This document shows positions 9,002-18,860 of a stretch of 64,000 bases of DNA, in pieces. The notes below the pieces were generated by a model that worked only from the letters and a program-made list of their open reading frames with translations, made no database searches and had not been told where the DNA came from. The position numbers were made by a program, and so were the translations under genes. Within the stretch, counting starts at the first letter, position 1. Every line of letters starts with the position of its first letter. The stretch is taken from NCBI GenBank assembly GCA_965207545.1, contig CBDBMS010000003.1, positions 1,064,510 through 1,128,509 of the forward strand, given 5' to 3'. Origin of the DNA: Gammaproteobacteria bacterium. GTDB taxonomy: Bacteria > Pseudomonadota > Gammaproteobacteria > Tethybacterales > CBDBMS01.

Positions 9002-9450
9002 TGAACGGTCCCCTCGCGATGATAGGGATGGCCCCTGATCAGGGAATCCACGCGGTAGAGCTGCTCAGCCATGACCACCTTGGCAAGCGCATGAGGCAAG
9101 GTGAGCCTGGAAAGAGACAGTCTTGACGCCGCCATCCGGATGACCGACTGGTCAATGCCGTTGGCACCGCCGATAACGAATGTCGTGACAGGCCGATCTG
9201 ACGACATAATGGCATCGGCAAATCTCCGGGTGTCCGGCATGTCTCCCTTCTCATCAAGCACAACCAGATTTTCCCTGTCTGTCAGCCTGCGTCTTATCAG
9301 TTCTCCCTCCCTTCTCACTGCCTCGGCCGGATCCTTTGACTTGTCAGGACGGATATCGACAAGTGACACTTTCAGGTGTACGAGACGCCGCAGATAGCTC
9401 TCAACAGCCGCGGCAACCCAAGCCGGAGGACGTGACGTCACGGACAGCAT
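8998..9450 (-). CDS. rlmH: 23S rRNA (pseudouridine1915-N3)-methyltransferase RlmH (SPOUT).
   Basis: MLSVTSRPPAWVAAAVESYLRRL...FVIGGANGI...LTLPHALAKVVMAEQLYRVDSLIRGHPYHRE aligns with RlmH. The internal ATG at 9450 was chosen. Confidence 0.8.
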   Translation of the reverse strand: MLSVTSRPPAWVAAAVESYLRRLVHLKVSLVDIRPDKSKDPAEAVRREGELIRRRLTDRENLVVLDEKGDMPDTRRFADAIMSSDRPVTTFVIGGANGIDQSVIRMAASRLSLSRLTLPHALAKVVMAEQLYRVDSLIRGHPYHREGTVQ

Positions 9451-9461
9451 CCTTATCTCCA

Positions 9462-9824
9462 TCAGGAACCCGAAGCGGACTGGCCAAAGCTCCAAAGAGT
9501 GTCGAGATCATAGTATTTGCGGGCGGCGCGAGTCATCACGTGAACCACAACGCTCCCCAAATCGATCAGCACCCAGTCCGAATCACCCTCACCCTCAACG
9601 CCAACCACCTTGTCTCCGGATCTCTTGATCTCACGCTCGATCTCGCTGACAATCCCATTGATGTGTCTTGTCGAGGTGCCGGTGCACACGACCAGCCATT
9701 CAAACAGGCCGCTTGACGTTTCGACTGCATGGTAGGAAGATACGTCGACCGCCTTCCGGTCCTCGAGAATCCGGTTGACCAGTTCCAACAAGGGTGATTT
9801 CCTCACGTCAGCGGTACAGTTCAT
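9462..9824 (-). CDS. rsfS: Ribosome silencing factor RsfS (Iojap).
   Basis: ~120 aa with DWVLIDLGSVVVHVMTRAARKYYDLDTLW, the RsfS C-terminal signature. Conserved nadD-rsfS-rlmH order. Confidence 0.8.
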   Translation of the reverse strand: MNCTADVRKSPLLELVNRILEDRKAVDVSSYHAVETSSGLFEWLVVCTGTSTRHINGIVSEIEREIKRSGDKVVGVEGEGDSDWVLIDLGSVVVHVMTRAARKYYDLDTLWSFGQSASGS

Positions 9825-10437
9825 GTTCACGTATGTATTTGGCTACATTTTCCGGAACCACGCTGCAACAGCCATCCTCCCGAAACGCATTCCTGATGTC
9901 AGTGGAAGCCTCATCCTCGGAATTGATCCCAAGAAGAGCCACGGTGCCGGGCTGTCTGCCCACCGCGGAAACGGACACCGGCCCACTGCCAAACTCCTCC
10001 ATCACAACCATTGGAACATTCACAGGAAAATCGAAGCCGGTGCGCGGAGCAACAAGCCAGCCGCACATGCCGACAAGTTCGCGCCAATGCCGCCACTCAT
10101 CAAGCGTGGCAAATGAATCGGCTCCCGTAACAACCACGACATTCTCCCCGGGAAACCGGTCCGCAATCCTGCCCACCGTGTCGACAGTGAAGTAAGGCCC
10201 TTTCCGGACATCGGCCTCCATGTCGGACACGTCCGCACCCGGAACCGAAGCCATGGCCAGCCGAGCCATCTCCAGGCGGTCGCCAATCGGGGCGCTTGGA
10301 TGGTTGCGGTGAGGCGGAAAGGCGTTGGGAACAACCACTACCCTACTGAGATCCGCCTGTCCAAGAGCCGCCTCCACAATCCGGACATGGGCATTGTGGA
10401 CAGGGTCGAATGCGCCGCCGAAAATGCCGATTGCCAT
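9808..10437 (-). CDS. nadD: Nicotinate-nucleotide adenylyltransferase NadD.
   Basis: MAIGIFGGAFDPVHNAH is the (H/T)xGH nucleotidyltransferase motif. The ATG at 10437 was chosen; the track ORF extends into lapB. Confidence 0.85.
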   Translation of the reverse strand: MAIGIFGGAFDPVHNAHVRIVEAALGQADLSRVVVVPNAFPPHRNHPSAPIGDRLEMARLAMASVPGADVSDMEADVRKGPYFTVDTVGRIADRFPGENVVVVTGADSFATLDEWRHWRELVGMCGWLVAPRTGFDFPVNVPMVVMEEFGSGPVSVSAVGRQPGTVALLGINSEDEASTDIRNAFREDGCCSVVPENVAKYIREHELYR

Positions 10438-10442
10438 GCCGC

Positions 10443-11582
10443 CTATTCCGGTTCGCCCGGCGCAAGAAAACTCTCCCATTCCTGGCATGCCGGACACTTC
10501 CAGTAGAACCGCTTGCTGCCAAAGCTGCATTTGCTGCACTTGTGCCTGATGCCTCCGTTCTGTTCCCTAAGCGGGATGTAGAGCTGGTCAAACAGTTTGC
10601 GTTCGCTCTCGTCGGCCAGCAGCCGCTTGGCCTCGAGCCACTTGACCGTTGCAACCGGAAATGCAAATCTCTTCAGATGGTCCTCGGCCACCCGGATCGC
10701 CACAGGATATCCACGGTGCTCCGCCATGGCATCGAACACTGCCTCAAACATGGCCGGTGTCGGCTGGGCATGCAGATAGTCAAGCAGCAGGGTTTCGCCT
10801 TCCATGCCCCTGCCGAGATCGGAATGCGCCTGCATCAACGGCATGACCACAACCTTAAGCGCCTCCTTTTGCCGGCGCTCGACTTCGCACCAAAGCCTGA
10901 TTGCCTCCTCCCGGTCTCCCCGGTCCAGGGCAAGCTGTCCCTGCATGGCGAACACCCTGCCGCAGTTCGCGTTGGCCTTGCCTGCCTCTTCAAGCAAACG
11001 CCCCTTTTCCTCCCGCGGAGTGCTCGGTTCGTCGGCCCATTCGCAGTAGAGATGCGCCACCACCCGTGAGTCGGGATGTTTCGATTCGAGCATGGCCGAA
11101 ATCGCCTTCTCCCACTGGCGCGCCAGCAGATATATCTGAAACAGTTCGCGCGAAACGTCGGTTTGGGGACGCCGCATGGCCAGTTCCCGGAGCGTGTCCT
11201 CGGCGAGCCCGAGAAAGCCGCTTTTCCTGTAGTCAAGCGCAAGCTCCTTCATGGCCTGGCCATAGTGCTTGCCCTCGTCCTCCTGGTTCAGGATCGCGCG
11301 GTGCATCCGTATAGCGTTCTCAATGTCGCCACGTTCGCGGTATATGGCTCCGAGGGCGAACTTGAACTCTTCAACTTCCGTCTCCACCTCGGAGACCTCC
11401 TTGAAAGCCTCGAGCGCCTTGTCGCGCTCGTTCTGAAGAAGATAGCTGATGCCCCGCATGCAGATTGCCGGCACCTTTCCTGAATCGCTCTTGACCTGCC
11501 TGATGTCAAGCCGTCCCCCTATCCAGCCTATCGCTATGCATATGAAGAAAACAACGGCCATCCACGGCTCGAACCACTCCAT
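10443..11582 (-). CDS. lapB: Lipopolysaccharide assembly protein LapB (YciM): TPR plus C-terminal rubredoxin-like zinc finger.
   Basis: N-terminal TM helix, TPR repeats, and a C-terminal CSKCSF...CPAC metal-binding motif. Confidence 0.8.
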   Translation of the reverse strand: MEWFEPWMAVVFFICIAIGWIGGRLDIRQVKSDSGKVPAICMRGISYLLQNERDKALEAFKEVSEVETEVEEFKFALGAIYRERGDIENAIRMHRAILNQEDEGKHYGQAMKELALDYRKSGFLGLAEDTLRELAMRRPQTDVSRELFQIYLLARQWEKAISAMLESKHPDSRVVAHLYCEWADEPSTPREEKGRLLEEAGKANANCGRVFAMQGQLALDRGDREEAIRLWCEVERRQKEALKVVVMPLMQAHSDLGRGMEGETLLLDYLHAQPTPAMFEAVFDAMAEHRGYPVAIRVAEDHLKRFAFPVATVKWLEAKRLLADESERKLFDQLYIPLREQNGGIRHKCSKCSFGSKRFYWKCPACQEWESFLAPGEPE

Positions 11583-11655
11583 CGGCAGGCCTCAGCGCTT
11601 CATCGTGAACTTTTGACGGCACGTGCGGAATGCAGGCCGCACAGCGCATCTGGAT

Positions 11656-11952
11656 TCAGGAGGACTTGCGCGCCTCGTCAACCGCATCCCGCAGTTTCTT
11701 TCCGGGCTTGAAGCGAGGCAGCCACTTCTTCCCGACGGAAACCGAGCTTCCAGTCTTGGGATTCCTCGCCACCCGGGCGCGGCGGTGGCTGAGAAAAAAG
11801 CTTCCGAATCCGCGGATCTCAACGCGCCCTCCCTTGGAGAGTGAATCGACTATCTCACTCTGTATCATGTCAACTGCCTTGGCGATTGACTCCCGTGGCA
11901 ACGACTTGTTCCGTTCGCTAAGCGCATTGATGAGATCGTTCTTGAACACCAT
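11656..11952 (-). CDS. ihfB: Integration host factor beta subunit.
   Basis: MVFKNDLINALSERN...RVEIRGFGSFFLSHRRARVARNPKTG...RFKPGKKLR is the IHF/HU fold. It lies directly downstream of rpsA in the conserved cmk-rpsA-ihfB order. The ATG at 11952 was chosen. Confidence 0.85.
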   Translation of the reverse strand: MVFKNDLINALSERNKSLPRESIAKAVDMIQSEIVDSLSKGGRVEIRGFGSFFLSHRRARVARNPKTGSSVSVGKKWLPRFKPGKKLRDAVDEARKSS

Positions 11953-11953
11953 G

Positions 11954-13732
11954 CTATTCCTTTTCCGTACCATCGGCAACAGGAGCGGTGGCTTCGGCAT
12001 CCTCCGCCTTCTGCGCGGCCTTGGCCTTGTTCTCCTCCATCTTGGCCTGAAGGAGGGCCCCAAGGGCGGGAGCCTGCTCGTTTTGCTCGCTTGACAGTTC
12101 ACGCAGTACGCGCTCACGCTCGGCACGGTCACGCGCCTTTAGCGACAATGTCAGCGTGTGGGTCCGTTTGTCGATGTTGACCAGCATGAAGTCCATTTCC
12201 TGACCGCTTTTGACCTCTTCGGAGATGTTGGCGGAACCGGCCTCCGAGACTTCGCGTGCAGGCAGTATGCCCTCGATCCCTTCTGCCAGCCGGACGCGTG
12301 CATAGCTCTCGTCAATGTGAACGACCTTGCCGGTGACGACGGTGCCTTTCAAATGCTCACCAACGTACCTGTTGAACTCGCCATCCGCCAGCTGCTTGAT
12401 GCCCAGCGTGATCTTCTCGTTCTCGACATCGATCAACAGCACCACTACCTGGACTTCCATGCCCTTCGAGTAGTTCCGGATCGCAGTCTCGCCGCTTTCG
12501 GTGTAGGAAAGGTCGCCGATCCGTACCAAACCGTCCAGATCACCCGGAAGGCTGACAAAAAAGCCGAAGTCGGTGATCGTCTTGATCGTTCCGGTCAGGA
12601 TGCTGCCGCCGCGGTAGGCCGTGTTGAAGTCCTGCCAGGGATTGGACTTGCACTGCTTGATTCCGAGGGATATCCTTCTCTTCTTCTTGTCGATGTCAAG
12701 AAGCATGACCTCGATCTCCTCGCCCACCGTGACAAACTGCGCAGGATCAACGCTCTTGCGGGACCAGTCCATTTCGGAGGTGTGGACCAGCCCGTCAATG
12801 CCCTCCTCCAGTTCAACGAAAGCGCCGTACTCGGCTATGTTCGACACCTTGCCCATGACCTTCATCCCTGAAGTGTAGATGCGGTCTATGTAGTCCCAAG
12901 GATCCTGCTGCAGCTGCTTCAGACCGAACGAGAGGCGGCCCTTCTCCTTGTCTATGTTGAGGATCTTCAGATCCATCTCATCGCCGACGTTGATTATCTC
13001 AGTCAGGTTGCGCACACGCTTCCAGGCGACATCGGTGATGTGCAGAAGTCCGTAAAGCCCGTTCCCGATGTCAACAAAGGCGCCGTATTCGGCAATGCTG
13101 GTGACGGTTCCGTGCACCACCTGTCCTTCCTCGAGTTCCTCAAGAGCCTCCTCGCGGAACTTGCCGGCACGCATGCGCTCCTGTGGCAGCCGCCGCGAGA
13201 CAACCACGCCGCCACGCCCGAACTCCATCTTGATGATGCTGAAGTCGCTCTTCAGGCCGATGAACGCGTTGAGATCCTTGACCGGAACGACATCGACCTG
13301 CGACCCTGGCAGAAAGGCGCGGTAGCCGTCAATCACCGCTATGAAGCCTCCCTTGACGCGCTCCTTGATGCAGCCGGACACCGACTCGTCGTTCTCGTAG
13401 GCATCCTTGATCTTCTTCCACGCCAGCCGGCGCTTGACCTGTATCCGGGAGAGAACTGTCTGCCCCTTGCCGTTGTCCGTCAGTTCAATGCGGACGGTAA
13501 CCTTGTCGCCAACGCTGATCTCAAGGCCAGATTCCTCGTCCATGAACTCCTCTATGGGAACGTAGCTCTCCGACTTAAGTCCTGCATTGACCACCACGTG
13601 GTCACGCTCTATTGATTCGACGGTCCCTTCAAGTTCGCCGCCCTCGCGGAAGCTTTCTCCTGTCAGGCTCTCGTTGTAGAGAGTCTCAAAATTCTGCACT
13701 GCATTCTGCTGCACGCTTTGGCTTGTTTCCAT
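11954..13732 (-). CDS. rpsA: 30S ribosomal protein S1.
   Basis: Six S1 domains and a C-terminal acidic tail. Start at METSQSVQ..., with an AGGAG ~14 nt upstream. Confidence 0.9.
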   Translation of the reverse strand: METSQSVQQNAVQNFETLYNESLTGESFREGGELEGTVESIERDHVVVNAGLKSESYVPIEEFMDEESGLEISVGDKVTVRIELTDNGKGQTVLSRIQVKRRLAWKKIKDAYENDESVSGCIKERVKGGFIAVIDGYRAFLPGSQVDVVPVKDLNAFIGLKSDFSIIKMEFGRGGVVVSRRLPQERMRAGKFREEALEELEEGQVVHGTVTSIAEYGAFVDIGNGLYGLLHITDVAWKRVRNLTEIINVGDEMDLKILNIDKEKGRLSFGLKQLQQDPWDYIDRIYTSGMKVMGKVSNIAEYGAFVELEEGIDGLVHTSEMDWSRKSVDPAQFVTVGEEIEVMLLDIDKKKRRISLGIKQCKSNPWQDFNTAYRGGSILTGTIKTITDFGFFVSLPGDLDGLVRIGDLSYTESGETAIRNYSKGMEVQVVVLLIDVENEKITLGIKQLADGEFNRYVGEHLKGTVVTGKVVHIDESYARVRLAEGIEGILPAREVSEAGSANISEEVKSGQEMDFMLVNIDKRTHTLTLSLKARDRAERERVLRELSSEQNEQAPALGALLQAKMEENKAKAAQKAEDAEATAPVADGTEKE

Positions 13733-13797
13733 GTTTTCTGTAATTGCTCCTGTTTTCACCTCTCGCGCAAACAACCCGGACAGATACGCACGCACGA

Positions 13798-14436
13798 CTA
13801 GCTATCTTCAAACCACTTGCAGATGACATCAACTGTTGCACTACAGTCCATCTCCGAGTTGTCCAGCGTTCTTGCATCCTGTTGACACATTAGCGGCGCC
13901 ACCGTCCTCAAAGTATCGCGTTCGTCCCTATCCAGAAGATCCGAGAGAATGTCTTGTATTTTAACACTCTTCCCCCTTGCACTCAATTCAGCCGCACGCC
14001 GGCGTGCCCGGATCTCGGGATCCGCAGTAAGAAAGACCTTCAAATCAGCGTCCGGGAACACGATGCAACCCATGTCGCGCCCTTCAGCGACAAGACCCGG
14101 AGAGCGCCTCAAGGCTCGCTGACGCGGCAACAGAGCTGTCCTGACAGCCTGGATGGAGGACACTCTCGAGGCCATCTGCGAGACACGCTCCTCCCTCAGA
14201 TCCGGAAGCGTCAGCAAGGCCTCCCAGCCGTCATCATCAAGACCAACCAGTTGCTCCAGCACCGGATCAAGATCATCCGGATCCGCTCCGCGACGAAGGG
14301 CAAGCAGCGCAACCACCCTGTAGAGCGATCCGCTGTCCAGACACATGAAGCCGAGACGGCTCGCCACGCCTGCAGCGGCTGCACCCTTGCCCGACGCAAC
14401 CGGACCGTCAATTGCTATTACCGGAACGGAACACAT
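13798..14436 (-). CDS. cmk: Cytidylate kinase.
   Basis: MCSVPVIAIDGPVASGKG shows the P-loop; typical Cmk length and position upstream of rpsA. Confidence 0.9.
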   Translation of the reverse strand: MCSVPVIAIDGPVASGKGAAAAGVASRLGFMCLDSGSLYRVVALLALRRGADPDDLDPVLEQLVGLDDDGWEALLTLPDLREERVSQMASRVSSIQAVRTALLPRQRALRRSPGLVAEGRDMGCIVFPDADLKVFLTADPEIRARRRAAELSARGKSVKIQDILSDLLDRDERDTLRTVAPLMCQQDARTLDNSEMDCSATVDVICKWFEDS

Positions 14437-14642
14437 CAGTTGCGGAAGATTCCCGACACCATGCCCATCAGCCGGTTCCACACCCTGTTGCCTTCCGATT
14501 GGTGACCGGAAGATTCCGCAGGGGAACCCTGAGATTGACCGGTCACAACAGCCCTGTCAACAAGAATCATGTCGAGCTCCCGGATTTTCCGGTCGTATTC
14601 GCCTTTCAGGTTGTCAATGTCCAATTCCCCATCTCTGTCCAT
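14436..14642 (-). CDS. Hypothetical small acidic protein (68 aa) translationally coupled to cmk.
   Basis: MDRDGELDIDNLKGEYDRKIRELDMILVDRAVVTGQSQ.... Its TGA stop overlaps the cmk ATG (TGATG, on the coding - strand). A GAGG lies ~5 nt upstream of the ATG. No recognisable family. Confidence 0.35.
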   Translation of the reverse strand: MDRDGELDIDNLKGEYDRKIRELDMILVDRAVVTGQSQGSPAESSGHQSEGNRVWNRLMGMVSGIFRN

Positions 14643-14873
14643 GGTGGCCTCAGCCAGTCTGGCCGGCAAGGCAGCATAGGCCGGTTTTCCACAGCTGGGG
14701 ATCCCAAGGCCACCAGCCGGTCAAGGGATGCAAGGAAACCATGTCCACGGCTGACTGCTGCCAAACAAACGCTATTGACATTGAATTCCTATGATACCAT
14801 GAGCCCATGTAGCCACAGGCACGGCATCCGAGGACTCCAGAGGCTTGCATTGCCCGAAACGGCAGCATGCGCT

Positions 14874-14902
14874 TTGGAATTGCGAACCCCGTTGGATATA
14901 AT
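14874..14902 (+). promoter_or_regulatory. Sigma70-type promoter for rpmH: -35 TTGGAA, 17-nt spacer, -10 TATAAT.
   Basis: TTGGAA at 14874-14879 and TATAAT at 14897-14902, ~22 nt upstream of the rpmH ATG. Confidence 0.45.
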
Positions 14903-14923
14903 CCGCTTTCTCTCACCATTCCC

Positions 14924-15058
14924 ATGAAACGAACCTATCAGCCATCCAAACTGAAGCGCAAGCGCACCTACGGCTTTCGGGCCAGAATGGCGACGCGCGG
15001 CGGACGTGCCGTCATCAGGGCTCGACGCGCCAAGGGCAGGATCAAACTCTCCGCCTAA
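14924..15058 (+). CDS. rpmH: 50S ribosomal protein L34.
   Basis: [44 protein letters not shown] is near-identical to the L34 consensus. Confidence 0.9.
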   Translation: MKRTYQPSKLKRKRTYGFRARMATRGGRAVIRARRAKGRIKLSA

Positions 15059-15072
15059 GCGCCACGGCCGCC

Positions 15073-15423
15073 TTGGCTACTCTCGGACGACTTCAGAACA
15101 AAAGGGACTTCGACCGGGTCTTCTCCCATGGAAAGGCTCTGCGTCAGGATTCGCTTCTGATGCTGGCCACTCCCGGAACAGCGGAATGCTCCCGCCTCGG
15201 CATGGCAGTTCCCAAGAAGGTCATGCCTCTTGCCACCCGGCGAAACAGCATACGTCGGCGCATCCGCGAAGGCATCCGCCACATAGAGCCTGAACTGCCA
15301 AAACTCGACATTGTTGTCGTGCTCAGGAACTGCCGCGACGATCCCCTGAAAACCAGGGACTCCGCATTCGGACGCGATCTCCGGAAACTTCTGGACCTTG
15401 CGACGCAACACAGTTGGGGCTAA
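15073..15423 (+). CDS. rnpA: RNase P protein component.
   Basis: A basic 116-aa protein (RRNSIRRRIREGIRH...) immediately after rpmH. TTG start per the track; start uncertain. Confidence 0.85.
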   Translation: MATLGRLQNKRDFDRVFSHGKALRQDSLLMLATPGTAECSRLGMAVPKKVMPLATRRNSIRRRIREGIRHIEPELPKLDIVVVLRNCRDDPLKTRDSAFGRDLRKLLDLATQHSWG

Positions 15424-17105
15424 TGAACATCGAAACCATGAGATTGACCTTCACGGCGATCTTTCTGTTGCTTGTGTTCTCACTCTGGCAAAGGTGGGAG
15501 CACCGGAACGGCCAGCCTGAAGCGACACCGTCCGGAACGTACAGTTCGATACCTGGAAACGATTCGGCGACATCGCAAGTTGCCCAAATAGACGAGGACC
15601 TGCCGCAGCCTACGGTTGATCTGCGTTCCGAGGACAAGTCCGACGTCCCCCCCCCGGATACGACGCCACAGACCGGCTCCGGTTCCGAAGCCGTGATGCT
15701 GTCGGCAGATTGGCTGAACCTTCTGGTCTCTTCAAGAGGGGGAGACATTGTTGAGGCGCAGCTCCGCAAACATGCCTTCTCAAACACGGATTCCACGCCG
15801 TTCAGGCTGCTTAAGAGCGATGCCGACGGCCTCTACATCGCCCAGAGCGGACTGATCGGAGGAGACCTTCCCAACCACAAGTCGGAATTCACAATCCTCG
15901 GGGACACTCAGCCTGGGAGTGGCAGCGTGACACTGCAGATACAGACCAAGGCGGCACAGGTTCGGAAGACCATTTCAATTGCGGACAAAAGCTACATAGT
16001 GCAGATCGGCTTCGACATCCTCAACACCAGCGACACTCCTCTCACAGTGCTCGCCTACCACCAGCTGCTGCATGACGGAACCGAGCCGGAAGCCTATTCC
16101 TCCTTTCTTCCCACCTTCTTTGGAGCCGGCATCTATACCAACAACGACCGGTTCAACAAGATTCAGTTCGACGACTTCAACAGCACCGGATACCCAAAGC
16201 AGGACGACAACGGTTGGATCGGACTGATTGAGCGTTACTTCATGGCAGCCTGGCTTGGCAACGAGCAACCGCGGGAGTTCTTCCTCAAGTCGACTCGCAA
16301 CGGCTACGCCGCAGGCATGATTGTGCCGATCGGGGTGATCATGCCGGGCGAATCGAGGACGTCGCAGATGCCGCTGTATGTCGGCGCCCAGGAACAGGAA
16401 AGCCTGAGCGAGCTGAGCGACAACGGAACGGCGCCAGGCATCGACTTGGCTGTCGACTACGGCTTTCTAACCATCATTGCCGAGCCCATGTTCTGGGTGC
16501 TTGCCCGGACCAACGACTACGTAGGCAACTGGGGCATTGCAATAATCATCGTCACTTTCCTGATCAAGCTCGCTTTCTTCCCTCTGTCGGCCACCAGCTA
16601 CCGTTCCATGGCGAAAATGCGCGCAGTCGCGCCGCGGCTGCAACGCATCAAGGAAAAGCACGGCACCGACAAGCAGGCCATGCAGCGCGCCATGATGGAT
16701 CTCTACCGCGAAGAGAAGATCAATCCGTTCGGCGGATGCCTTCCGATACTGCTTCAGATCCCGTTCTTCATCGCACTCTACTGGGTCCTGCTTGGAAGCG
16801 TCGAACTGCGCAACGCGCCTTTCGCCTTCTGGATCAACGACCTGTCCGTGCCGGATCCCTGGTTTGTCATGTCAGTTCTGCTGGGCGGGCTCATGTTTGC
16901 CCAAACCAAGCTGAACCCGTCGCCGCCAGATCCCACCCAGGCCATGATCATCAAGTTCGTACCTTTGGTGTTCACTGTGTTCAGCATATTCTTCCCTGCC
17001 GGCCTTGTCCTCTACTGGGTTGTCAACACTCTTCTGTCGATTCTTCAGCAGTGGCAGATCACCCGGACAGTCGAGACCGAAAAATCCAATGCGCGCCGAT
17101 CGTGA
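15423..17105 (+). CDS. yidC: Membrane protein insertase YidC.
   Basis: The N-terminal TM helix is followed by LWQRWEH, then a periplasmic domain and a C-terminal 5-TM core. The ATG overlaps the rnpA stop (TAATG). Confidence 0.9.
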   Translation: MNIETMRLTFTAIFLLLVFSLWQRWEHRNGQPEATPSGTYSSIPGNDSATSQVAQIDEDLPQPTVDLRSEDKSDVPPPDTTPQTGSGSEAVMLSADWLNLLVSSRGGDIVEAQLRKHAFSNTDSTPFRLLKSDADGLYIAQSGLIGGDLPNHKSEFTILGDTQPGSGSVTLQIQTKAAQVRKTISIADKSYIVQIGFDILNTSDTPLTVLAYHQLLHDGTEPEAYSSFLPTFFGAGIYTNNDRFNKIQFDDFNSTGYPKQDDNGWIGLIERYFMAAWLGNEQPREFFLKSTRNGYAAGMIVPIGVIMPGESRTSQMPLYVGAQEQESLSELSDNGTAPGIDLAVDYGFLTIIAEPMFWVLARTNDYVGNWGIAIIIVTFLIKLAFFPLSATSYRSMAKMRAVAPRLQRIKEKHGTDKQAMQRAMMDLYREEKINPFGGCLPILLQIPFFIALYWVLLGSVELRNAPFAFWINDLSVPDPWFVMSVLLGGLMFAQTKLNPSPPDPTQAMIIKFVPLVFTVFSIFFPAGLVLYWVVNTLLSILQQWQITRTVETEKSNARRS

Positions 17106-18402
17106 CCTTGTTGCCGCCGTTTCGACACCGCCCGGCAACGGAGGCATCGGCATTGTCCGGATCACCGGGAAGGATCCTGCTCCACTTGCGGAAAAACTGA
17201 CGGGGAAACATCTCCCGGAGCCACGCAAGGCCGAGTTGCGGCGCTTTCTCGACCAGAACGGACAGCTTATCGACCAAGGCATTGTCCTGTTCTTCGCCGC
17301 TCCAGATTCATTCACTGGTCAGGATGTGCTTGAACTCCACTGCCATGGCGGATTGGCAGTCACGCAGTCTCTCATCGGCAGGTGCCTCGAACTCGGCGCA
17401 CGCGCCGCCAATCCCGGTGAATTCACTCTGCGTGCGTACTTGAACGGAAAGCTTGATCTTGCACAGGCCGAAGCGGTCGCCGACCTGATCGGGGCGTCAA
17501 CGGAATCAGCCGCCCGGGCGGCGGCACGCACCCTTCAGGGAGCGTTCTCCGATGAGGTCAGGGCGATGGAGCGGGAACTTGTCGAGGTCCGTTCGCTGAT
17601 TGAGGCGCATCTTGACTTTCCGGACGAGGATCTTCCTCCGGAAGCGGAGAGCGGCATCCGCGAAAGAATCGAAGCCCTCGCTAGAGGACTCGACAACCTT
17701 CTTGGCAAGAGCCGCCAAGGCGTCCTTATGCATCAAGGCATCCGAATCGCACTCATAGGACCGCCCAATGTAGGCAAGTCAAGCCTGATCAACCTGCTTA
17801 GCCGTGAGGATGCGGCAATCGTCACCGACACGCCGGGAACCACGCGTGATCCGGTTCGCAGAATGGTTTCGATAAGGGGCATCTCTGTTGAACTGACAGA
17901 CACTGCCGGCATCAGGGCAACCACCGACCCTGTCGAGGCGGAAGGGATCAGCCGTTCCAGACAGGCCGCCGAATTGGCCGACATTGCAGTTGCCATCTAC
18001 GATCCGGACTCGGCTTCCAAACAAGACAGGATGGCCGGCCTCGATCCCGACATCGTCATACACAACAAAATCGACCTGAGCGGAGCCAAGCCGCACCGGA
18101 AAGGATCGGAAGTGTGGATGTCAGTCAAGTTCGGCCAAGGCATCGACCTGTTTGAGGCGGCAGTCCTGGAAAAGGCAGGATATGTGGAAACCAGGAGCGC
18201 CTTCATGGCGCGACCACGGCAAATGAACGCCATCAGCCGCGCATATTCCCATTCCGAGGCGGCGCTCGGCGAAATGAAGTCACTGGAAATCGCGGCCGAA
18301 CGGCTGCGCGAAGCGCATGATGCGCTGGGCGGGATCACCGGCAGAATGACCGCCGACGAATTGCTGGGAGAGATATTCTCGCGCTTTTGCATCGGAAAGT
18401 GA
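17089..18402 (+). CDS. mnmE: tRNA modification GTPase MnmE (TrmE).
   Basis: [27 protein letters not shown]; G-domain motifs GPPNVGKSS and DTAG; C-terminal CIGK. Confidence 0.9.
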   Translation: MRADRDLVAAVSTPPGNGGIGIVRITGKDPAPLAEKLTGKHLPEPRKAELRRFLDQNGQLIDQGIVLFFAAPDSFTGQDVLELHCHGGLAVTQSLIGRCLELGARAANPGEFTLRAYLNGKLDLAQAEAVADLIGASTESAARAAARTLQGAFSDEVRAMERELVEVRSLIEAHLDFPDEDLPPEAESGIRERIEALARGLDNLLGKSRQGVLMHQGIRIALIGPPNVGKSSLINLLSREDAAIVTDTPGTTRDPVRRMVSIRGISVELTDTAGIRATTDPVEAEGISRSRQAAELADIAVAIYDPDSASKQDRMAGLDPDIVIHNKIDLSGAKPHRKGSEVWMSVKFGQGIDLFEAAVLEKAGYVETRSAFMARPRQMNAISRAYSHSEAALGEMKSLEIAAERLREAHDALGGITGRMTADELLGEIFSRFCIGK

Positions 18403-18470
18403 GAGGCACCGTCAGCCTTTACGGGCGGCTGTGCGGTAAAATCAGGAAAATTCAGGTCTCCGGAGGACTC

Positions 18471-18860
18471 ATGTCACAGGATCAGGACTGGAAGGAAAAA
18501 CTCACGCCACTCCAATATGACGTGACGAGAAAAAAGGGAACGGAACGTCCGTTCACCGGCGAGTACCACGACTGCAATAAAAGCGGAACCTATCAGTGCA
18601 TCTGCTGTGGGTTCCCTCTGTTCTCGTCAAAGCACAAGTTCGACTCGGGCACCGGCTGGCCCAGCTACTACCAGCCGATTGACGGGAAGAACATCAAGGA
18701 GAAGAGCGACTTCTCGCTTTTCGTGAAGCGCACCGAGGTCCTATGCATAAACTGTGATGCGCATCTCGGCCACGTTTTCAAGGATGGACCCGATCCGACC
18801 GGACTGCGCTACTGCATCAATTCCGCAGCGCTCAGCCTGGAGGAGGAGCCTGGCGAATGA
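18471..18860 (+). CDS. msrB: Peptide-methionine (R)-S-oxide reductase MsrB.
   Basis: The CxxC...CxxC zinc site and GTGWPS / RYCINS motifs. GGAGG SD 6 nt upstream of the ATG. Confidence 0.85.
   Translation: MSQDQDWKEKLTPLQYDVTRKKGTERPFTGEYHDCNKSGTYQCICCGFPLFSSKHKFDSGTGWPSYYQPIDGKNIKEKSDFSLFVKRTEVLCINCDAHLGHVFKDGPDPTGLRYCINSAALSLEEEPGE

Noticed and set aside
12158-13615. Two long + strand ORFs (237 aa and 191 aa) inside rpsA
   Set aside because: Antisense to a highly conserved ribosomal protein gene. No family resemblance; Arg/Ala/Leu-rich composition typical of antisense frames.
14670-14923. Chromosomal origin (oriC) or DnaA-box cluster upstream of rpmH
   Set aside because: Only one near-match (TTTTCCACA) to TTATCCACA was seen. 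No dnaA gene is adjacent and no AT-rich DUE with 13-mer repeats.
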